Under the pieces are notes generated by a model. That model saw only the letters and a list, made by a program, of their open reading frames with translations. It was not told the DNA's origin and searched no databases. A stretch of DNA of 15,908 nt from Longivirga aurantiaca (GTDB lineage Bacteria > Actinomycetota > Actinomycetes > S36-B12 > CAIYMF01), in contig NZ_JBHSTI010000039.1 of NCBI RefSeq assembly GCF_042660085.1, forward strand, positions 1 through 15,908. Reading direction: 5' to 3'. The first letter of the stretch is position 1, and the number at the start of each line of letters is the position of its first letter. The position numbers and the translations under genes were made by a program. Below are positions 7,351-14,829 of the stretch, in pieces.

Positions 7351-7958
7351 GCCGCCGGGTCGTCTTCCGGTTCGACGTACCACGGGTTCTCGAGCACCTG
7401 GCCCGACATCAGGACCTTGGGGTGCGTCTTGAGCATCTCCATGAGGATCCTGCCGTCGGTGAACCGCTCGAGGTCGTACAGGCACAGGATCACCTGCGGA
7501 TACCTCGGCAGGAACCGGTTGAGCCGAGCCTCGTAGCGCACCAGCTGGTCGACCCCGGGCATGTCGCGCAGGGCCCACGTCATCTCGCCCACGGACCGCA
7601 CGAAGGGGAACCCGCCCGGGCCGACGGCTTGGCCGACGTTCGACTCCCAGAAGTCGAGCATGCGCCCGGTCGAGAAGTGCCCCTCGGACAGGTACGCCTT
7701 GTCGCTGCTCAGCAGCTCGAGCTGTCCGGTGAGCAGTGCGCTCTCGATGTCGAGGACGAGCGAGAGCGGGTTGGTCACCTGCTCGACGTCGGGATCGTCC
7801 ATCACCGCGATGCACTTGTGCCCCTCGACGAGGCCGTCACGCAGGAAGGGGAGCAGCACCTCGTCGCGCTGGTCGCGTCCGCGGTAGAACGCGCAGATGT
7901 GATCGCCCGGGGCGATGGCCACGCCCGGTCGATCGAGCGCGAAGGGGATCGTCGTCAT
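7347..7958 (-). CDS. MEDS-domain (methanogen/methylotroph DcmR sensory) protein
   Basis: GDHICAFYRGRDQRDEVLLPFLRDGLVEGHKCIAVMDDP...VLDIESALLTGQLELLSSDKAYLSEGHFSTGRMLDFWE...RSVGEMTWALRDMPGVDQLVRYEARLNRFLPRYPQVILCLYDLERF resembles MEDS-domain proteins. GGGAG ribosome-binding-like sequence upstream of ATG 7956-7958. Confidence 0.8.
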   Translation of the reverse strand: MTTIPFALDRPGVAIAPGDHICAFYRGRDQRDEVLLPFLRDGLVEGHKCIAVMDDPDVEQVTNPLSLVLDIESALLTGQLELLSSDKAYLSEGHFSTGRMLDFWESNVGQAVGPGGFPFVRSVGEMTWALRDMPGVDQLVRYEARLNRFLPRYPQVILCLYDLERFTDGRILMEMLKTHPKVLMSGQVLENPWYVEPEDDPAA

Positions 7959-7971
7959 CGATCAGCTCCCG

Positions 7972-9354
7972 TCATCGGCCGTACTTGTCGAAGTGTGCGG
8001 CGAACAGGGACTCTGCGTCGACCCGGCGCGTCACCGACGGCCTGGAGACCCAGGTGAGGTTGACGAAGTGCCGGGCGTTCACGTTCTCGGTCGTGATCCC
8101 GCCGCCCCACGTCCCGCACGACAGGCTCAGGGTGAACGGGAGACCGTTGCGTGCGCTCCCCGCACCCTCGTTGAGGTTCTGGTTGACCAGCACGCGCGCG
8201 GTCTTGGTGCCGAACGCCAGCGCGTCGACGTGGGCGTCGCTGGTCGTGTGGATGCCGCAGGTGTGCCCCAGGCCCTGGTAGCCGGTGATGGCGTTGACCT
8301 GGGCGACCGCGTTGTCGATCGCGCCAGAGTAGCGGTACAGGGCGAGCACGACGGAGAGCTTCTCGCCGCTGAACGGGTGGTCGTGACCGACCCCGTCCTC
8401 GTGCACGATGAGGAACGTGGTCGAGGCGGGTACGTCGATCCCGGCGAGTGCCGCGATGTGCGGAGCCGACTTCGCGATGACGTCGGGCGTGGGGATCTCT
8501 CCGCCGTCGGGCCACATCGCGGCCTGGAGGGCAGCCTTCTGGTCGTCGTCGCAGACGTGCCCGCCGGCGGCCGTCAGCCGCGCCACGAGGTCGTCGTAGA
8601 CCGAGTCGTGGGCCACGACCGAGTTGTCCGCGAGGCAGCTCGTCGCGTAGTCGAAGGTCTTGGCCGCCACGATGGCGGCGGCAGCGTCGGCGAGGTCTGC
8701 GGTCTCGTCGACGACGTGGACCGCGTTGCCGACGCCGACCCCGAACGCCGGGGTGCCGGAGCTGTACGCCGCCTTGACCATGCCCGCACCGCCCGTCGCC
8801 ACGATGAGGTCGACCTGGTGCATGAGCTCCTGGGTGTACGCGATCTTGGCCTCGGGCAGGACCTGCACGAGGTCCGCCGGTGCCCCGACCTGCTCGCACG
8901 CCTCCCGCATGAAGCCCACGACGGCGTCGGTCGTGCGCTTGCTGCGCGGGTGCGCGGCGAACACGATCGCGTTGCGGCCGGCCAGGGCGCAGAGCGCCTT
9001 GACGGGCGGAGTGGCGTCCGGGCCCGTCGTCGGGACGAGGCCGGCGACGACACCCACGGGCTTGGCGATCTTCACCAGACCGCGAGCCGGGTCCTCCTCG
9101 ACGATGCCCACGGTCGGCGTCTCGCGCAGGTCGGAGAGCACCCCGAGCACGCGCCGCTCGATCTTGGTGACCTTGTCCTCGTAGTTCCCGAAGCCGGCCT
9201 CGTCGACGGCGAGCCGGGCGAGCGCCTCCGCGCGGTCCTTGCGGGCCACGGCGTACGCGACCGCGGTCGTCAGCTCGTGGACGCGGTCGGCGTCCCACTC
9301 GGCGATCTCGGACTGCGCAGCGCGGGCGCGCGCTACGACCTCGGCCACCTCCAC
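7972..9354 (-). CDS. CoA-acylating aldehyde dehydrogenase (AdhE N-domain / sulfoacetaldehyde dehydrogenase SauS-like)
   Basis: PVGVVAGLVPTTGPDATPPVKALCALAGRNAIVFAAHPRS, AYSSGTPAFGVGVGNAVHVVDETADL, catalytic-Cys block TFDYATSCLADNSVV, GYQGLGHTCGIHT, and the C-terminal G-rich TLSLSCGTWGGG block. GTG start at 9352-9354 with AGGAG upstream. Confidence 0.85.
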   Translation of the reverse strand: MEVAEVVARARAAQSEIAEWDADRVHELTTAVAYAVARKDRAEALARLAVDEAGFGNYEDKVTKIERRVLGVLSDLRETPTVGIVEEDPARGLVKIAKPVGVVAGLVPTTGPDATPPVKALCALAGRNAIVFAAHPRSKRTTDAVVGFMREACEQVGAPADLVQVLPEAKIAYTQELMHQVDLIVATGGAGMVKAAYSSGTPAFGVGVGNAVHVVDETADLADAAAAIVAAKTFDYATSCLADNSVVAHDSVYDDLVARLTAAGGHVCDDDQKAALQAAMWPDGGEIPTPDVIAKSAPHIAALAGIDVPASTTFLIVHEDGVGHDHPFSGEKLSVVLALYRYSGAIDNAVAQVNAITGYQGLGHTCGIHTTSDAHVDALAFGTKTARVLVNQNLNEGAGSARNGLPFTLSLSCGTWGGGITTENVNARHFVNLTWVSRPSVTRRVDAESLFAAHFDKYGR

Positions 9355-9394
9355 GGGGATCTCCTGACGGTCAGCGCGTCGCCGGGGGCGTCGC

Positions 9395-9426
9395 GGGGCG
9401 GGGCTGGGACGGGGCTGGGCTGGGGG
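9395..9426 (+). other. G-rich tract with G-quadruplex-forming potential upstream of the aldehyde dehydrogenase gene
   Basis: + strand reads GGGGCGGGGCTGGGACGGGGCTGGGCTGGGGG: six consecutive G-runs of at least 3 with 1-2 nt spacers. Confidence 0.5.
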
Positions 9427-9502
9427 TCTCGAGGGTCGATTCCCGGGGTGTGCCTGGGTCGGCTCGTTAAGCGGAAGTTACGGCGCAGGGCTCCGGGAAA
9501 CC

Positions 9503-9519
9503 TCGTCCTGATGGGACGA
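9503..9519 (-). terminator. Possible weak intrinsic terminator or hairpin just downstream of the acyl-CoA synthetase-like gene
   Basis: TCGTCC (9503-9508) and GGACGA (9514-9519) are reverse complements with a 5-nt loop. On the minus strand this is followed shortly by GGTTTCCC. The T-tract is only 3 nt, so the call is weak. Confidence 0.3.
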
Positions 9520-9527
9520 AGATCCGG

Positions 9528-11585
9528 TCACCACTGGTCCCGAACGCGTGCCGAGCTGCCGCCCGGCAGCAGCTTCCAGTCGACGGCGACCGCCGCCTGT
9601 GCGGAGACCAGCACGGGGTTGAGGTCGAGGGCCGCGACGTCGGGCAGGCCGACGAGAGCGTCGCCGGCGGCGACCAGCAGCCGGGCCAGGGCCTCGAGGT
9701 CGGCCGGTTCCTGGCCGCGCCCCCCGGCCAGCACCGCGTGGATCCGGAGCCCGGCGACGAGCTCGCGCGCGTCGTCCAGCCCGAGGGGGGCCAGGGCGAA
9801 CGCGGTGTCGTCCAGGGTCTCCACCCAGATCCCGCCGGCACCCACCATCACCACCGGCCCGAAGTCGGGGTCGCGCACGGCGCCGACCGCCACCTCGACG
9901 CCCGCGAGCTGCGGCGAGACCAGCACCGTGGGCGAGCGCAGCAGCAGCTCGGCTGCCGCGGCGCGCACCTCGGCGCGGTCGCTCAGACCGAGGCGTACGC
10001 CGTCGAGCTCGGTCCGGTGCGCCGCCCGCCCGACCTTCACCACGGCGGGGAACGACGCGGCTTGCTCCGCCTCCTCCGCCGTGCGGCACTCGACCGAGGC
10101 CACGACCTCGACGCCGAACCCGCGCAGCAGGCGAGCAGCCGCCTCGGGGTCGGTGACGTCGACGTCGGGGCCCGGCGTCGAGCCCGGAGCGGTCCTGGGC
10201 GCTGCAGACCCGCGCGCGAGGCGGTCGCGGGCGCGAGCGGCCCGGCGAGCCAGCCCGAGCGCCCGGGCCGCTCGCGGCGGCCAGGGCAGCACGGGCACGC
10301 CCGCGCCCTGGAGCTCACGGGCCAGGTCGTCCGCGGACCGAGGCGCCACCCAGCAGACGTGCACCGGCACGGCGACCCCGTCGGCGCGCAGCGCCTGGAC
10401 CGCGGCTGCGACGCCCTGCACGGTGGCGGGGTCGGTGGCCGACCGCTGCAGGAGCACGGCCACCACGGCGTCCACCTCCCCGGAGCGGGCGAGCAGGTCG
10501 ACGAGCGCCGGGTAGATGGTCGGGAACAGCGACCAGGCGGTCGTCACGTCGACCGGGTTGACGGGCGAGGCGTAGGCCGGGAGCAGCGCGCGGACGCGTT
10601 CCTGGAGCGCCGGGCTCAGCGCGGGCACGGCGAGGCCTTCGTCGGCGAGCAGGTCGGCGAGCTCGACGCCGGTGCCGCCGCTGTTGGTGATGATGGCGAC
10701 CCGGTCGCCCGCCGGCAGCGGTTGGCCGTCGACGGCGCGCGCGGCGTCGAGCAGCTCCTGGCCGCTGCGCACCTCGACGAGTCCCGCCTGGTGCAGCGCA
10801 CCCCGCCACACGGCCGCGCTCGACGCCAGCGCAGCGGTGTGCGACGTCGCCGCCCTCGCTCCGGCCTCGGACCTGCCGGTCTTGAGGACGAACACCGGCA
10901 CCCGGGCAGCCACGGCCCGCGCGGTCGCCATCAGCTCCCTGCCGTCGGCGACCGACTCGAGCAGCATGCACACGGTGGTGGTCGCGGGATCCTCGCCGAG
11001 CGCCTCGAGGAGTTCCGCGACGCTGACGTCGGACGTGTTGCCCGGGGCGCACACCTTGGCGAAGCGCACGTGCTCCTCGTGCGCGAGGTCGTGCACCGCC
11101 ATCCCGTACGCGCCGGACTGGCTCACGACCGAGATGCCGCCGCCGCCGACGGGCGTTCCGCGCGCGATCGAGGCGTTCAGCGGGAGGTCGCAGTTCTGCA
11201 CGCCGAAGCAGTTGGGCCCCACGACGCGCACCCGGGAACCACCCTCGGGGGCGGCCGCGCGCAGCATCTCCTCCTGCAGCAGGGCACCGTCGGGCCCCGA
11301 CTCCGCGAACCCGCCCGAGAGCACGATCATCGCCGTGACGCCGGCGGCCGCGGCGTCGGCCGCCACCTGCGGTGCGGCGGCCGCGGGGACGGCGACGACG
11401 GCCAGGTCGACCGGCACCCCCAGGTCGCGGAGCGACTCCCCCGCCCGCACCGGCAGCACCTCCCCCGGGAACGACGCGAGGTTGGCTGCGAGCAGGGCAC
11501 CGAGGCTGCCCGGCCGGTCCGAGGCTCCGACCAGAGCGATCCGCTTCGGTGCGAACAGCGCCTCCAGCAGCCGTCCGTCGCTCAT
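9528..11585 (-). CDS. Acetate/acyl--CoA ligase (NDP-forming) family protein: CoA-binding + succinyl-CoA-synthetase-like + ATP-grasp domains fused
   Basis: LFAPKRIALVGASDRPGSLG (CoA-binding start), RVVGPNCFGVQN, GGISVVSQSGAYG, CAPGNTSDVSVAELLEALGEDPATTTVCMLLES, FVLKTGRSEAGARAATSHTAALA, ITNSGGTGVELADLL, NPVDV, and the C-terminal ATP-grasp-like VVKVGRAAHRTELDGVRLGL / LVSPQLAGVEVAVGAVRDPDFGPVVMVGAGGIWVE / DLNPVLV. ATG 11583-11585. Confidence 0.87.
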   Translation of the reverse strand: MSDGRLLEALFAPKRIALVGASDRPGSLGALLAANLASFPGEVLPVRAGESLRDLGVPVDLAVVAVPAAAAPQVAADAAAAGVTAMIVLSGGFAESGPDGALLQEEMLRAAAPEGGSRVRVVGPNCFGVQNCDLPLNASIARGTPVGGGGISVVSQSGAYGMAVHDLAHEEHVRFAKVCAPGNTSDVSVAELLEALGEDPATTTVCMLLESVADGRELMATARAVAARVPVFVLKTGRSEAGARAATSHTAALASSAAVWRGALHQAGLVEVRSGQELLDAARAVDGQPLPAGDRVAIITNSGGTGVELADLLADEGLAVPALSPALQERVRALLPAYASPVNPVDVTTAWSLFPTIYPALVDLLARSGEVDAVVAVLLQRSATDPATVQGVAAAVQALRADGVAVPVHVCWVAPRSADDLARELQGAGVPVLPWPPRAARALGLARRAARARDRLARGSAAPRTAPGSTPGPDVDVTDPEAAARLLRGFGVEVVASVECRTAEEAEQAASFPAVVKVGRAAHRTELDGVRLGLSDRAEVRAAAAELLLRSPTVLVSPQLAGVEVAVGAVRDPDFGPVVMVGAGGIWVETLDDTAFALAPLGLDDARELVAGLRIHAVLAGGRGQEPADLEALARLLVAAGDALVGLPDVAALDLNPVLVSAQAAVAVDWKLLPGGSSARVRDQW

Positions 11586-12394
11586 CCGGCCGTGCCGAAC
11601 CGGCGGGCGAGCTCCTGCTCGGAGAACTCCGACCGACGCACGCCGAGCGGGTCGACCGCGCGCACCTCGGCGAGCTCCTGCGGGGTCGGCTCGTCGACGA
11701 CGGCGAGGTCCTGCGCGACGACGAGCTCGAAGCCCGTGGTGCGCTCGATCTCCTCGAGATCGACGTCGGGGAACCGCGCCACCAGCCGTGCGCGGCCCTC
11801 GACGTAGTCGAAGACGCCGAGCTCGGTCACGAGCCACTCCGGACCGCCGCCCGAGTGCCCGAGCTGCTCGCGGGTGCCTGCTGGTGTGACGTGCCCCAGG
11901 TCGGTGAGGAAGTCCAGCTGCTCGACGAGGGTGCGGCCGCTGCGATGACGCGTGGTCCACAGCGTGAGCGCGCCGATGGTCGCCGAGATGTTCGCCCCGC
12001 CACCGCCTCCGCCGAGCTTGATCTTCGGTCGCGCCATGCCGCCGATGGCCGTGACGTTCGTGTTGCCGTGCGCGTCGATCTGCCCACCTGACAGGAACAT
12101 CCGGTCGACGTCACCGCGGCACGCGGCGTCGAAGAACTCGTCGAAACGCATGCGGTACGTCGCGTCCCGGTGCAGCGCCAGGTCGTTGCCGGTCGGGGGC
12201 ACGAAGGCCGGCTCGGGGTTGACCGCGTACGTCGCCCCCTCGATCAGCATTGACCCGGGAGCATGCGTGCGACGGGCGACGTGCATCGCGACCTGGGCGC
12301 ACGGGCTCGCGAACCCGTGGAACACCACCTCGCGGTCGACGATCGTGCGCGCGAGGGTGACGACGAACCACTCGTCCAGCGTCCAGCCACTCAT
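11582..12394 (-). CDS. CoA-transferase family beta-like subunit (glutaconate CoA-transferase B / IpdB-like)
   Basis: DREVVFHGFASPCAQVAMHVARRTHAPGSMLIEGATYAVNP..., DVDRMFLSGGQIDAHGNTNVTAIGG...KIKLGGGGGGANISATIG, LTDLGHVTPAG. ATGA overlaps at both ends. Confidence 0.82.
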   Translation of the reverse strand: MSGWTLDEWFVVTLARTIVDREVVFHGFASPCAQVAMHVARRTHAPGSMLIEGATYAVNPEPAFVPPTGNDLALHRDATYRMRFDEFFDAACRGDVDRMFLSGGQIDAHGNTNVTAIGGMARPKIKLGGGGGGANISATIGALTLWTTRHRSGRTLVEQLDFLTDLGHVTPAGTREQLGHSGGGPEWLVTELGVFDYVEGRARLVARFPDVDLEEIERTTGFELVVAQDLAVVDEPTPQELAEVRAVDPLGVRRSEFSEQELARRFGTAG

Positions 12395-13299
12395 CGGAAC
12401 AGCTCCATCCAGGCCTCGTCCGACGTCGACCACGCGGTGAGCCGCTCCGGCTCGACCAGCGCGAGGTAGGCGTCCTCGCCGGGGAGCACGTAGCGCTCGA
12501 GATACGCCGAGACCGCATCCGGACCGGCCGTCGCCGCTGCGACGTACTCGGCGAGGTGCGGCCGGTCGTACGCGTAGCCCGGGTAGCACGACGACGGGTG
12601 CGCGCCGTAGGGCGCCTCGACGACGGCGGCGACCACGTGGGCGGGCACGGTGACCCCGGCCGCCACGACCTCCTCGGTGCTGACGACGGCGTCGACGGTG
12701 GCGATCACCGCGCGGGACGCGTGGGCGAACCGCTCGTCGAGCACGTACGGCTGGTCGAGATGCAGGTTGCCGGCCGCATCACCGATCGGCGCGTGCAGCA
12801 GTGCGATGTCCGGAGCGAGCGCCGGGACCGCGGCGAGCTCCTGCCCGGTGAACGGGCACGTGACCGTCCCCCACTCCGGGTGCAGGGTCAGCAGGTCGCC
12901 GCCGAGCAGCCCCCGGACGGGGAGGAAGGGCACCCCCATCTCGGCGGCCCGCAGCTGCGTGAGCATGACGACGCACGAGCTCTCGCGCACCTCGACGGCA
13001 CCGCTCTCGGCTCCTCGCCGGAAGGCCGGTGCCAGACCAAGATCCTGCTCGAAGCCCACGTAGGACTCCTCGCACACGCTCACCGCGCCGGCGGCGATGA
13101 GCAGGTCGACGTCGATGCTGTGCGCCGAGCCGACCACGCGCAGCCCTCTGCGGCCCTGCCGCACGAGCTCGCGCACCATGGCCATGGGCAGCCGTGCGCA
13201 CAGACCGCCGCCGAGGGCGACCGTGTCGCCGTCCGAGACGCGAGCCACGGCCTCGGCGAGAGTCGTCCGCTTGTCGACGTCGAGGAAGAAGCGGCTCAT
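12391..13299 (-). CDS. CoA-transferase family alpha-like subunit (glutaconate CoA-transferase A / IpdA-like)
   Basis: LAEAVARVSDGDTVALGGGLCARLPMAMVRELVRQGRRGL, GFEQDLGLAPAFRRGAESGAVEV, QLRAAEMGVPFLPVRGLLGGDLL, FTGQELAAVPALAPDIALLHAPIGDAAGNLHLDQPY. Confidence 0.85.
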   Translation of the reverse strand: MSRFFLDVDKRTTLAEAVARVSDGDTVALGGGLCARLPMAMVRELVRQGRRGLRVVGSAHSIDVDLLIAAGAVSVCEESYVGFEQDLGLAPAFRRGAESGAVEVRESSCVVMLTQLRAAEMGVPFLPVRGLLGGDLLTLHPEWGTVTCPFTGQELAAVPALAPDIALLHAPIGDAAGNLHLDQPYVLDERFAHASRAVIATVDAVVSTEEVVAAGVTVPAHVVAAVVEAPYGAHPSSCYPGYAYDRPHLAEYVAAATAGPDAVSAYLERYVLPGEDAYLALVEPERLTAWSTSDEAWMELFR

Positions 13300-13300
13300 G

Positions 13301-14092
13301 TCACTGCGCGGTCATGCCGCCGTCGGCGGCGACCACGGAGCCCGTCATGAACGCGGCCTCGTCGCTCGCGAGGAACAGCGCCACCCGGGCGATGTCCGCG
13401 ACGTCGCCGAGCCGTCCGATGGGGTACTTCACGAGGGTGCGCTGGAGGCCGAGGTCGAGGTCGCCGTCGCCGCGGGCGCGGAGCATCGGCTCCATGAGCG
13501 GGGTGTAGACGGTGCCGGGGCAGATGACGTTGGCGCGCACCCCGCGGCCCGCGAGGTCGACGGCCATCGAGCGCGTGAGGGCCACCACCGCGCCCTTGGC
13601 GGCGCAGTAGGCGGCGAAGTTCATCACGCCGACGAGCGCGGCGACCGAGCCCTGGTTGATGATCGAGCCGCCGGGGCCCATGTGGGCCAGGGCGGCCTGC
13701 GTCATGAGGTAGGTGCCCTTGACGTTCACGTCGAAGCAGCGGTCCCAGTCGGCCTCCTCCGCCACGGCGACCGAGCCGCGGGAGTCGACGCCGGCGTTGT
13801 TGTAGACGACGTCGATGCCGCCGAACTCCGCGGCGACGGCGTCCGCTGCCTGCGTGACCTGGGCGGCCTTGGAGACGTCCGCCGTGAGCGCGAGAGCGCG
13901 GCCGCCCGCGGCGGTCACCATCGCGGTGGTCTCCTCGGCCACCGCGCCGTCGCGGTCGAGGACGCCTACGGCGGCCCCCTCCGCGGCGAACAGCAGGGCC
14001 GCGGCGCGGCCGATGCCGGAGCCGGCGCCGGTGATGACGGCGACCTTGCCGGCGAGCCGGCCCGTTCCCTCGTGCGAGTCCGTGGCAGTCAC
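13301..14092 (-). CDS. Short-chain dehydrogenase/reductase (SDR)
   Basis: KVAVITGAGSGIGRAAALLFAAEG (TGxxxGxG), DVVYNNAGVDSRG (NNAG), AAYCAAKGAVVALTRSMA (YxxxK), RANVICPGTVYTPL, LASDEAAFMTGSVVAADGG. GTG start 14090-14092 overlapping the upstream stop. Confidence 0.93.
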   Translation of the reverse strand: MTATDSHEGTGRLAGKVAVITGAGSGIGRAAALLFAAEGAAVGVLDRDGAVAEETTAMVTAAGGRALALTADVSKAAQVTQAADAVAAEFGGIDVVYNNAGVDSRGSVAVAEEADWDRCFDVNVKGTYLMTQAALAHMGPGGSIINQGSVAALVGVMNFAAYCAAKGAVVALTRSMAVDLAGRGVRANVICPGTVYTPLMEPMLRARGDGDLDLGLQRTLVKYPIGRLGDVADIARVALFLASDEAAFMTGSVVAADGGMTAQ

Positions 14093-14829
14093 AGCGCTGT
14101 ATACCCTCCGTCGATGACCAGCGCGGCGCCGGTCAGGTAGTGGAGCCGGTCCGAGGCCAGGACCGACACGAGATCGGCGACGTCGTCGGGCGACGCCACC
14201 CTGCCGAGCGGGATGCGCGCCTCGACCTCTGCGCGCAGCACCGGATCGTCGAGCCGCCACGACGTCATCGCCGTGTGGGCCATGCCCGGGCAGACCGCGT
14301 TGCTGCGGATGCCCGCGGACGCGTAGTCGACGGCGATGGAGCGCGCGAGCTGCAGCGCCGCCCCCTTGGAGGTCGTGTAGGCGCTGCGTCCGGGGAAGGC
14401 GACCTGCCCCGCCACCGACGCGATCGTGATGACGTGGCCCGCGCCCTGCTCGATCATGATCGGCAGGACGGCACGGGACAGCAGGAACGGGCCGCGCACG
14501 TTGACCGCGATCACCTTGTCCCACTCCGCGACCGGCGTCGTGTGCAGCACCGTCGCCGTCCGGTCGCCGGTGATGCCGGCGTTGTTGACCAGCACGTCGA
14601 TGCGCCCGAGCCGCTCGCGAGCGGCTGCGACGAACGAGTCGACGGAGGACTCGTCGGCGACGTCGAGCGCGCCCGCGTAGCCGTCCGGTCCGGCCGAGTC
14701 CGCTGCGCCGGCGGCGTCGAGATCGCCGACGGCGAGCAGGAACCCGTCCGCGGCGAGCCGTCGGCAGGTCGCCTGGCCGATGCCGGACGCGCCTCCGGTC
14801 ACCAGGGCTACTCGTCGGGTGTCGGTCAT
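14089..14829 (-). CDS. Short-chain dehydrogenase/reductase (SDR)
   Basis: RVALVTGGASGIGQATCRRLAADG, IDVLVNNAGITG, SAYTTSKGAALQLARSIAVDYA, RSNAVCPGMAHTAMT, LTGAALVIDGGYTAL. Confidence 0.93.
   Translation of the reverse strand: MTDTRRVALVTGGASGIGQATCRRLAADGFLLAVGDLDAAGAADSAGPDGYAGALDVADESSVDSFVAAARERLGRIDVLVNNAGITGDRTATVLHTTPVAEWDKVIAVNVRGPFLLSRAVLPIMIEQGAGHVITIASVAGQVAFPGRSAYTTSKGAALQLARSIAVDYASAGIRSNAVCPGMAHTAMTSWRLDDPVLRAEVEARIPLGRVASPDDVADLVSVLASDRLHYLTGAALVIDGGYTAL

Noticed and set aside
7972-9354. Firm assignment of the aldehyde dehydrogenase as sulfoacetaldehyde dehydrogenase (sauS)
   Set aside because: Motifs match the broader acylating ALDH group, but no sulfoacetate transporter, sulfoacetaldehyde-generating gene or sulfonate-specific gene is visible, so the substrate is left open and no gene symbol is assigned.
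7915-10515. 866-aa + strand ORF
   Set aside because: Runs across the antisense of three features including an intergenic gap, with a repetitive RR/AA/GG-rich translation. Judged an artefact.
9738-11807. 689-aa + strand ORF opposite the acyl-CoA synthetase-like gene
   Set aside because: Composition dominated by R/G/H/D/E with no motif. The antisense frame is a convincing NDP-forming synthetase, so this is a shadow ORF of third-position GC bias.
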